Source of the DNA: an uncultured Pseudomonadota bacterium
GTDB taxonomy: Bacteria > Myxococcota_A > Polyangia > Fen-1088
Assembly (NCBI GenBank): GCA_963847705.1
Contig: CAWKBC010000009.1
Span: 1 to 41,781, forward strand
Direction of reading: 5' to 3'
Length of the DNA stretch: 41,781 bases
Shown here: in pieces, positions 9,516 to 17,980 of the stretch
Layout of the letters: each line of letters opens with the position of its first letter
How positions within the stretch are numbered: the first letter of the stretch is position 1
Position numbers and translations under genes: made by a program
Notes under the pieces: model-generated
The model's input: the letters and a program-made list of their open reading frames with translations, nothing else
Told to the model about the DNA's origin: nothing
Databases searched by the model: none

Positions 9516-11811
9516 GCCCGCGGCCCGTCGCCGCGTTGGTGCTGGGCCTGGGGCTCGTCACGCGGGCGGCGTTGGCGCTCGAGCCCGCCCGCGACGGGGG
9601 TGTCGACGGGACGATCGCAGACGCCGAGGCGCAGCGCGACGGGGCGGCGAACCCGCCGGAGGCCGGGGCGGACGCCGCGCCGCCCGACGGGGGGATGATG
9701 GGTCGCGCGCCGCCCGACGCCGTCGGTCCGTCGATGGTCGTGCCGGTGGCGGGGCGCGTGCTGGAGAAGGGGACGCGCAATCCGATCGCGGGCGCGGCGA
9801 TCGCCGTCGACGAGGCCGTCCTGGGCGAGACCGACGCCGATGGACACTTCCAGCTGACGCTCCCCGCGGGCTCGCACGAGCTGGCGGTCGTGATCGGCGG
9901 TCAGGAGGTCGTGCGCCGGCAGATCGAGCTCACGGCGGGGGTCCCGGCCGAGGAGCAGATCTTCCGCGTGCTCACCGGCGCCAGCGGCACGCGCTACGCC
10001 ACCAAGGTTCGCGCCAGTCGCCCCGAGATCCCGAAGGTCGAGGTCTCCGGCGAGGAGGCGCGCCAGCTGCCCGGCTCGTCGGGCGATCCGCTGCGCGTGC
10101 TCGGCTCGCTGCCCGGCGTCGTGCAGATCGCCTGGCCGGCAGCGCTCTACGTGGTGCGGGGCGCCAATCCGGGCAACACCGGCTTCTTTCTGGACGGCAT
10201 TCGCGTGCCCGAGCTGTTTCACCTGGGGCTCGAGCTGTCGGTCATCCATCCCTATTTGATCGACGGCGTCGATTTTTACCCGGGCGGAGCGCCGGCCAAC
10301 TACGGCCCTTACGTCTCGGGGATCATGGCCGCCCGCACCGTCGCGCCGCCCGCCGATCGCGTCCATGCCGCCGCCGACGTGACCGGCTTCGACGCCGGCG
10401 GGATCATGACGGCGCCCTGGGACGGTGGGCGCGGCACCGTGCTCGTCGCCGCGCGCTACTCGTACACCGGCGCGCTGTTCTCCGCCCTGCAGAACGATAC
10501 GATCCTGCGCTACGGCGACTATCAGCTGCGCGTCGACCATTCGTTCGCCGGCGGGCAGGCGACGTTGTTCGCCTTCGGCGCGCTCGACGACGTCGGCTGG
10601 ACCAACCTCGCCAGCACCGAGGAGTACGGGGCGCTGCAGTTCCATCGCCTCGATCTGCGCTGGCGGCGCGCGCTCGGCGGCGGCCGGCTGCTCCTCGCCT
10701 GACCGGCGGCGCTGACTGGGCCACCTCGACGCTGTTCAGCAGCGCCATCAAGGTCCGGGCCCTCTCGGCCATGCCGCGCGCGATCTACACGCGCCCGCTC
10801 AGCGCCTGGCTCGACCTGGAGGTCGGCGTCGACGCCAACGCCCAGACCTTCGCCACCGATGTCCCCGCCTTTCAAGGCAAGCAGAGCGATCTCGGGCGGC
10901 CGCGCCAGGCGCTGTCGCAGGCGACGTACGCGACCGTGATGATCCACGCCGGCGACCGGCTGGTGATCTCGCCCGGGCTGCGCGCCGATCTGTTCGCCGA
11001 GGAGGGGACGCAAGCGTTCTTCCTCGCGCCGCGCCTGGATCTGCTGTTCAAGATCAGCGAGACCCTCTCCCTCCGGGGCGACGGCGGGCGATACGCGCAG
11101 ATGCCCAGCCTCCCGGTGAGCGTGCCGGGGTTCGAGGCGTTCGGCCTCGCCGATCTCGGGGCCCAGACCTCGCTGGGCGGTTCGCTGGGTGTCGAGGCGC
11201 GCCTGCCGGGACGCCTCACCCTCGCGGTCACCGGCTACTACCAGAAGCTGCGCGTCAGCGATGTGCGCAACATCGACATCGAGCAGAACGATCCCACCGC
11301 CCCCGACTTCCTGGTGGCGCGCGACGGCCGGGCCTACGGCGCCGAGTTGCTGTTGCGGCTCGCCGACACCGGACGCGGCAACGGGCGATTGTTCGGCTGG
11401 CTGGCCTACACGCTCTCCTGGAGTCTGCGCTATGACGACGACGGCGTGCTCGGCCGTTCCGATTGGGACGAGCGACAGATCCTGAACCTCGTCGCCGGCA
11501 GCCGGCTGGGGCGCAACTACACCGTGGGCGCGCGCTTTCACCTCAACACCGGCCGCTGGGCGCCGGTGGTCGGCGGCGCGGGCGACTACCAGCAGCTCCC
11601 CACCTACTACCAGCTCGACCTGCGCGCCGAGCGCCGCTTCGTCTTCGATCGCTTCGTGATGGACGTCTACGCCGACTTCGCCAACGTCACGCACGACACC
11701 GAGGTCCTGCAGCTCGACTCCGTCTACGATCCGAAAACGGGCGGAATGACGATCGCGCAGGACCGGATCAACCTGACCCTCCCCACCGTCGGGCTGCACG
11801 CGCAGTTCTGA
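9512..11811 (+). CDS. TonB-dependent receptor with N-terminal carboxypeptidase-regulatory-like domain; frameshift at ~10699
   Basis: GRVLEKGTRNPIAGA extension, plug motifs GDPLRVLGSLPGV, YVVRG and FYPGG, and barrel ending LPTVGLHAQF (terminal Phe). Adding one C at CTCGCC(C)TGACC joins ORF 9512-10702 to the frame of ORF 10771-11811. Confidence 0.8.
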
Positions 11812-11947
11812 ACGCGATCTGCAATGGGGATGGTGAGCCTGGCACCCACCTGTCTGGATGGCGCGGCGTTCCAGCTGTCCTGACGCGCCGGCGCGCTGAC
11901 GCGGCGACGGTTCAGATCGAAATGGCCGGTCGTGCGTCTGGACCGGT

Positions 11948-14900
11948 ATGACCACCAAACTCGGTTCCTCTCCACGCGGCTTCTCTGTCCTTGGCCCAGT
12001 CCGATTCCTGGGCCGACTCCTGGGCCGTCTCCTGATTTGGGGCCTCGTCTCCCTCGTCGCCGGCGACCAGGCCCGCGCCGGGGGCGTCGTCGTCGCGGCA
12101 CCGCCGCCCATCAGCCTGACCGCCTCGGACGGGGCTGGGCTGGAGCTGGTGTCGCTGTCGGCCGACGCGGCGATCGACGATCCGCTCGCCTTCACCGAGC
12201 TGCACCTGACCTTTCGCAACCCGGAAAACAGGGTGCGTGAGGGGCGCTTCCGGATCACGCTGCCGTCGGGTGCCACGATCAGCCGGTTCGCGATGCGGAT
12301 CGGCGATCGCTGGCAGGAGGGGGAGGTCGTCGAGCAACAGGCGGCCCGCGTCGCCTACGAGGACTTCCTGCACCACAAGCAAGACCCCGCGCTGCTGGAG
12401 GCCGAGGCGGGCAACGAGTTCTCGGCGCGCGTGTTTCCGATCCCGGCCGCGGCGACCAAGGAGATCGTCATCTCCTATGCGCAGGAGCTGACGCGCGCGG
12501 GTGAGCCCTACCGGCTGCCGCTGCGGGGACTGCCCCGTCTCGGGACGCTGGCGATCCGCGCGGTCACCGATGTCGGAAAGACCGAGACGCGGCTCGAGCG
12601 GCGCGACTTCAGGCCCGACGCCGACTTCGAGCTGCCGCACCAGGTCCCGGGCGGCCGCCTCGGCCTCCGCGACGACAACCTCGTCGTCGCGCGCGTCGTC
12701 CCGCTCGCCCAGACGACAGCGAACGAGGAGATCGGCGACCTCCAGGTCCTGATCGACACCAGCGCGTCGCGCGCGCTCGGCCTGCGAGACGAGGCCGCCG
12801 CGGTCGAGCGGCTGCTGACGGAGCTGCGCAAGAGCGGCGATCCGGCGATCACCGTCGCCGCCTTCGACCAGGACGTGGTCCCGCTGTTCGCCGGCAAGGC
12901 CAGCGCGGGGCTCGGGGTCGTGGAGAAGCGGATCGTGGCCCGCGGTGCGCTCGGCGCCTCCAATCTCGAGCGCGCGCTCGGCTCGCTGGAGGTGCCCGGC
13001 AGGTCGCGCCGCTCGCGCCTGTTGCTGGTGACCGACGGCGTGGCCACCGCGGGCGAGATCACCGCCGACAAGCTTGGCGCGCGCGTGGCGGCGCTGGGGC
13101 GCTTCGGAGTTCAGCGGCTCGACGTCATGGCGGTGGGCGGGATCCGCGACGACGTGATGCTTTCGCGCCTGGTGACGGCCGGGCTGGCGCACGATGGCGT
13201 GGTCCTCCGCGCCGACGAGGCAGCCCCGGAGCTCGTTCGCCGCCTCACCCACGCCACCCGGTCGGGGATCACCATCGCGGTCGACGGCGCCGGGTGGGTC
13301 TGGCCGAGCGTGGTCAACGGCGTCCAGCCGGGTGACGAGATCCTCGTCTACGCCGACCTGCCGCCCGCCGTTCCGTTCCGCCTGAAGGTCGCGGGCGCGC
13401 CGGTGGCGCTCGCCGGCGTGCTGACGCCGACGCCCCGCCCGCTGCTCGAGCGCGCCTGGGTGCGGGCCCGCATCGCGCGCATCATCGAGCAGCGCGACAC
13501 GATCGCCGCGAAGGATCGCGATCTGGCGGCGGCGCTGAAGAAGCAGGCGATCGACCTGTCGATCCAGAACCGCGTGCTCTGCCCGTTCACCTCGCTCCTG
13601 GTGCTGGAGACGGAGCAGGACTACGCGCGCTTCGGCATCGAGCGGCGCGCGCTGGCCGACATCCTCACCGTGGGCCCGAGCGGCGTCACGCTGCTTCACC
13701 GGGTCGAGGTCGCGGCGCCGGCCGCAGAGCCGCGCTGGTCGACCGCGGCCGAGGACCAGGCGCTCCCGGCCGACGCGCGTGCGTTGGCCAAGGGCGAGGC
13801 GGCGAGCTTCGGCGAGGAAAAGGCCAAGCAGGTTGACGCGCGCTCGCGGCCCGACGGGCTCGAGATGGAAGAGTCATTCGACCGCGGCCCGGCCGGCGCG
13901 CCGGTGGCGGCCCAGGCCGCGGCACCCCCGCCACCGGCGACCGTCAGGCCCGAGCCCTCCGCGACGGCGCTCGAAGATCTCGACGGCGCTCGAGGCGCCA
14001 GCGCCAACGCCGTGGGCGGCCAGGCCCATGCGGCGCCCCTGCCGATGCGCGCCGCCCGTCCGCGGGGCGCAATCGCAGTTCCCGACGAGGCGGCTGTCTC
14101 GGAAGGGGCGTCGGAAGGGGCTTCGCGCGGAGCGGCGCCTGTCGTCGGTCCGTTCCAGGAGATCCTCGGCCTCATCCACGCCGGCCGGGCGCGCGAGGGT
14201 CTGGCGCGCGCCTTCGCCTGGCGCGACCGCGATGCGGGCGACGTGCTCGCGCTGGTCGCGCTCGGCGAGTGCTTCGAGGCGCTGCGTGACGCCCCGGACG
14301 CGGCGCGGGCCTACGGATCGATCATCGATCTCTTCCCCGGGCGCGCCGACATGCGCCGGTTCGCCGGCGAGCGCCTGGAGCGCGTGGCGGGCGGGCGTCC
14401 GCTGGCGCTGGCCATCGACAGCTACCGCAAGGCCGTCGAAGAGCGTCCCGATCACCCGGCCGGCCACCACCTGCTCGGCTTCGCCTTGCTGAAGGCCGGG
14501 CATCCGCGCGAGGCGTTCGAGGCCCTCGTCATCGGAGCCGCGCAGAAGTATCCGGCGGGCAGGTTTCTGGGCGTCGATCGGATCCTGCGCGAGGACCTCG
14601 GCCTCCTCGCCGCCGCCTGGACCCACGCCGAGCCTGCGCGCGCCGGCGAGATCCGCGAGCGCCTGCTGCGCGCGGGCGGCACGCCGGAGAGCGGCCCGTC
14701 GATGCGCTTCATCCTCAACTGGGAGACCGACGCCAACGACGTCGACTTCCACATCCACGACGCGCGCGGCGGCCACGCGTTCTACAGCGCGCCGCACCTG
14801 CCCTCGGGCGGAGATCTCTACGCCGACGTCACGACCGGCTACGGTCCGGAGTGTTTCACCATCCGCGGGCCTGCCGGCGGCCGCGCCGCCCCATATCAGC

Positions 14901-15172
14901 TGCAGGCGCACTACTACAGCCGCGGGCCGATGGGCTACGGGATGGGGAAGCTGCAGGTCATCGACCACGACGGCCACGGCAACCTGCGCTTCGATGAGCG
15001 CCCCTTCGTCATCATGCAGGACGGCGCGTTCGTCGACCTCGGCCAGGTGGGGGCCCCCGGGGTGGTGGGGACCGCCGCGGTGGGCCCGCGACCCGTCGCG
15101 GTCGCCCGCAAGCCGGTCACGCGCTCCCGCGTCTGGGCCACCGCCCCGGTTGCGGCCGCGCCGGCCCGCTGA
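11948..15172 (+). CDS. secreted VIT + vWA + TPR + DUF2135(YfaP-like) multidomain protein
   Basis: VIT: LAFTELHLTFRNP..EGRFRITLP..ARVAYE..DPALLE. vWA: LIDTSAS and LLVTDG. FTSLLVLETEQDY motif, TPR-like helices, and C-terminal WETDANDVDFH..DVTTGYGPECF. Confidence 0.8.
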   Translation: MTTKLGSSPRGFSVLGPVRFLGRLLGRLLIWGLVSLVAGDQARAGGVVVAAPPPISLTASDGAGLELVSLSADAAIDDPLAFTELHLTFRNPENRVREGRFRITLPSGATISRFAMRIGDRWQEGEVVEQQAARVAYEDFLHHKQDPALLEAEAGNEFSARVFPIPAAATKEIVISYAQELTRAGEPYRLPLRGLPRLGTLAIRAVTDVGKTETRLERRDFRPDADFELPHQVPGGRLGLRDDNLVVARVVPLAQTTANEEIGDLQVLIDTSASRALGLRDEAAAVERLLTELRKSGDPAITVAAFDQDVVPLFAGKASAGLGVVEKRIVARGALGASNLERALGSLEVPGRSRRSRLLLVTDGVATAGEITADKLGARVAALGRFGVQRLDVMAVGGIRDDVMLSRLVTAGLAHDGVVLRADEAAPELVRRLTHATRSGITIAVDGAGWVWPSVVNGVQPGDEILVYADLPPAVPFRLKVAGAPVALAGVLTPTPRPLLERAWVRARIARIIEQRDTIAAKDRDLAAALKKQAIDLSIQNRVLCPFTSLLVLETEQDYARFGIERRALADILTVGPSGVTLLHRVEVAAPAAEPRWSTAAEDQALPADARALAKGEAASFGEEKAKQVDARSRPDGLEMEESFDRGPAGAPVAAQAAAPPPPATVRPEPSATALEDLDGARGASANAVGGQAHAAPLPMRAARPRGAIAVPDEAAVSEGASEGASRGAAPVVGPFQEILGLIHAGRAREGLARAFAWRDRDAGDVLALVALGECFEALRDAPDAARAYGSIIDLFPGRADMRRFAGERLERVAGGRPLALAIDSYRKAVEERPDHPAGHHLLGFALLKAGHPREAFEALVIGAAQKYPAGRFLGVDRILREDLGLLAAAWTHAEPARAGEIRERLLRAGGTPESGPSMRFILNWETDANDVDFHIHDARGGHAFYSAPHLPSGGDLYADVTTGYGPECFTIRGPAGGRAAPYQLQAHYYSRGPMGYGMGKLQVIDHDGHGNLRFDERPFVIMQDGAFVDLGQVGAPGVVGTAAVGPRPVAVARKPVTRSRVWATAPVAAAPAR

Positions 15173-15228
15173 TCCCCGCGCGCCGCGGCCACCCTGGGTG
15201 GCCGGCGGCGCTCCGGGCCAGCCCCTCC

Positions 15229-15903
15229 TCAGGCGGACGCCGCTTGCAGGAGGGGCGACTGCTTGTCCGACGTAGCGCGCGCCCCGAGGTGCGCCAGGTC
15301 GGCGAAGCGCCGCAGCGTGGGTCCCTCCGCGCCGAGATCGATCTGGGTCACCGCCCCGGCCGGCCAGCTCGGACCGCAGCGGTAGTGTCGAATCTCGGTG
15401 TCGAACAGGGCGCAAATGAGGATCCGGAGCAGCGCCTTGTGCGACACGACGAGCACGTTTCCCTCGGCGTGGCGATCGCGGAGCTGCTCGACCGCAGCCG
15501 CCGCCCGGGCGGCGACCTGCCGCGGCGACTCGCCCAGGGGCGGTCCGATGCTGGGATCTCGCTGCCAGCGCGCGAAGTACTCCCGATCTCGCGCGGCCGC
15601 CTCCGCCTTCGACAGCCCCTGCCAGGCCCCGTAGTGCATCTCATCCAGCCGCTCGTCCCTGCAGGCATCGATCCCCACCAGGGCCGCCAGCGGGGCCGCC
15701 GAATCGATGGCGCGGGCCCGGGTGCTGGTGGTGATGGCCCGCCAGCTGAGGTTGCCGTAGGCCGAGGCGAACAGCGTCGCCATCTCGTGCCCGTCGGGGG
15801 TCAACGGCGCGTCGATCCGACCGCAGAACCGATCGTGTTGGCTGAACTCCGTTTCCCCATGCCGCAACAGATAGAGGCTGAGCACACCCGTCCCCCTTCG
15901 CAT
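15229..15903 (-). CDS. histidine phosphatase (phosphoglycerate mutase family)
   Basis: LYLLRHGET, RLDEMHYGAWQG, GES and VLVVSH motifs. Confidence 0.9.
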   Translation of the reverse strand: MRRGTGVLSLYLLRHGETEFSQHDRFCGRIDAPLTPDGHEMATLFASAYGNLSWRAITTSTRARAIDSAAPLAALVGIDACRDERLDEMHYGAWQGLSKAEAAARDREYFARWQRDPSIGPPLGESPRQVAARAAAAVEQLRDRHAEGNVLVVSHKALLRILICALFDTEIRHYRCGPSWPAGAVTQIDLGAEGPTLRRFADLAHLGARATSDKQSPLLQAASA

Positions 15904-15926
15904 CGTGGATCTTCCAGGGGGCGAAT

Positions 15927-15944
15927 ATCCAAGGGGCGTGCCAG
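15927..15944 (-). promoter_or_regulatory. sigma54-like promoter upstream of the histidine phosphatase
   Basis: The minus strand reads TGGCACG-CCCC-TTGGAT against the consensus TGGCACG-N4-TTGCW (one mismatch at -12), about 25 nt before ATG 15903. Confidence 0.45.
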
Positions 15945-16056
15945 CCCGAAGGGCACGCCAGTCGTGAGGCAATGGCTGGGATCTGTTACGTCCCCGTGAC
16001 TGAGCCGTGGTCGGCCGTCCGGGGGAATGCTCGCCTGGTCGTCGAGAGCCTGGCGT

Positions 16057-17160
16057 TCAGAACTTGGCGTTGCGGGCCAGCTCGAGCGCGCGGTCCTGCC
16101 AGAACACGCCGGCCTTCGGACCGCCGTTGCACTGCCCGTCGGACTCGCCCGGCTTCTTCAGCCAGAGGTAGGCGTCGATGAGCGGATCGGCCGTGCTGGC
16201 CGTGGGCGGCGATCCGAGCCCGCGGCCGGGCGGGTTGCACCAGCACTTCTCGTCGTCGGCGCTCTCGTCACACTTGGGCGGACCGTTGCCGTTGCGGCTG
16301 GTGTCGATCACGAAGTGCTTGCCGCCGAGCAGCCTGGAGATCTCCTTGCCGTAGGTGATCTCGGTGCTGGTCGACTTGTAGTTGGAGGTGTTGAGCGCGA
16401 AGCCGTCGGCCTCGTCGATGCCGGCCTCCTTGAGCCGCTTGGCGTCCTCGGCCGGCTTGAGCCAGCCCGAGTGTCCGGCGTCGATGTAGACGGCGGTGTT
16501 GCCCAGCGCGACGAAGGTGTGAACCGCGAAGCGCAGCAGCTCGAGCCGCTCCTTCTGGTCCTCCTCGCTGAGACACTTCTTGAGGAGACCCAGCGAGTCG
16601 GGCTCGAGGATGATGGCCGCGCGGCGGTTGCCCAGGCTGGTCGCGAACTCGGTGATCCAGGCCTTGTACTTGTCGCCCGCCGCCGCGCCACCCGCCGAGT
16701 ACTGTCCGCAGTCGCGCTTGGGGATGTTGTAGACGACGAAGTAGGGGAGCACGCCACTCTTGAGGATCATGTCGGCGCGCTTGCCGATGTAGCGTCCGAC
16801 GTTGGCCGTCCAGTCGCCAATCCACTCGGCGCCGCCGTTGTCGGCGATCTTGGCATAAAGCGCCGCCAGCTCGGGGTCCTTGGCCTTGTTGATCGCGAGC
16901 ATCGACTTGAGGTGCGCCGGTCCGTACGGATCGACCCAGCCGAGCTTGGGGCCGGCGAAGATGTTCTCGCCGTGCTTCCAGGGCGGCATCGCCGGCATGG
17001 GCGCCTCGCCCGGCTTGCCCGAGCGCGTGGCAGGTGAGGCCTCGGCGGCGGGAGCCTCGGCGGTCGTTCCGGCGGTCTGCGCCGGAGGGGCCTCCGACTT
17101 GACGCAGCTGGCGGCGAGAAAAAGCGCGGGGACAAGCAAGGACAGGGGCTTCGTCGACAT
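16057..17160 (-). CDS. glycoside hydrolase family 6 (cellulase), lipoprotein
   Basis: VVYNIPKRDCG, IILEPDSL, VYIDAGH, FVIDTSRNG, WCNPPGRGLG and DAYLWLKKPGESDG. Lipobox LAASC and a GGAGG RBS upstream. Confidence 0.93.
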   Translation of the reverse strand: MSTKPLSLLVPALFLAASCVKSEAPPAQTAGTTAEAPAAEASPATRSGKPGEAPMPAMPPWKHGENIFAGPKLGWVDPYGPAHLKSMLAINKAKDPELAALYAKIADNGGAEWIGDWTANVGRYIGKRADMILKSGVLPYFVVYNIPKRDCGQYSAGGAAAGDKYKAWITEFATSLGNRRAAIILEPDSLGLLKKCLSEEDQKERLELLRFAVHTFVALGNTAVYIDAGHSGWLKPAEDAKRLKEAGIDEADGFALNTSNYKSTSTEITYGKEISRLLGGKHFVIDTSRNGNGPPKCDESADDEKCWCNPPGRGLGSPPTASTADPLIDAYLWLKKPGESDGQCNGGPKAGVFWQDRALELARNAKF

Positions 17161-17241
17161 TTCAATCCTCCGGAAACGGATCGCCTAACACAGAAAAGAG
17201 ATCGGCGACAAGGTCAACCGTGGCGCGCGCCCGCCGGCCAC

Positions 17242-17980
17242 TCAATCCGCGAACGGACGCAGGATCTCGCCCTTGTTGGGGGTGCCCCCGCCGGCCTGCC
17301 AGGTGCCGTCGGGGTTCATCACCTCGTAGCCCGCCAGCCTCATCGGACGGGTGGTGATCGGATCGATCGACGACAGAAACCCCATGTGGAGGTGCGGGGT
17401 GGTCGCGTTGCCCGAGTTTCCACAGCGGCCGAGCAGGTCACCGCGGTGCAGGTGGTCGCCGACGTGGACGGCGACCGAGTGGGCCGCCAGGTGGCGAAAC
17501 TCGGTGTACTCGCCGGCGGCATGCTCGAGGATGACGTAGTTCCCCTCGTCGTGTCCCTTCACGTAGGCCGGCCAGTCGCGCGCGCCACCGTGCGCGACCA
17601 CCACTGTTCCATCGGCGGGCGCCAGCACCGGCCGGCCGTAGCAGACGAAGCGCGCCAGCGGCGCTCCGTGTCGTGGGGCCCGGGTGCCGATCGGCTGCGC
17701 CGGGACGAAGTCAATCGCGTAGGCGGCGTAACCGATGTGCGTGTCGCCGCTCTCGAACCCCTGAATGACACCCCAGGTGCCTGAAAACGGAAGCGACAGC
17801 CGCGTCAGCTGGGGGGGCGGCGGAATCGGACGAGGTGCCAGCGAGCGTGGGTGCGTTGTCGGCGGGTGCGTCGTGCGGGGGCGCTTCACGCGTCGTTCCC
17901 GAGACGACCGGGAGGGGAAGCAGCAGGTTGACGGCCAGGCCGGCGAGCGCGGCCAGGCTCCGGGTCGACGGTCGAGTCAT
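17242..17980 (-). CDS. M23-family metallopeptidase; probable +1 frameshift separates the signal peptide from the catalytic domain
   Basis: Catalytic frame 17242-17889 has THIGYAAYAIDF, PVLAPADGTVV, GNYVILEH and GNSGNATTPHLH. ATG 17980 overlaps the lanB stop (ATGA) and encodes a signal peptide in another frame. Removing one base from the G7 run at 17811-17817 (or the G4 run at 17914-17917) fuses the two frames. Confidence 0.75.

Noticed and set aside
10690-10710. Programmed frameshift or stop readthrough in the TonB receptor
   Set aside because: There is no slippery heptamer, the downstream part is in a different frame, and similar single-base indels at C/G runs occur in two other genes, pointing to sequencing error.
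11839-11856. TGGCAC as a sigma54 promoter upstream of the VIT gene
   Set aside because: The -12 position reads TGTC rather than TTGC, which is too weak a match.
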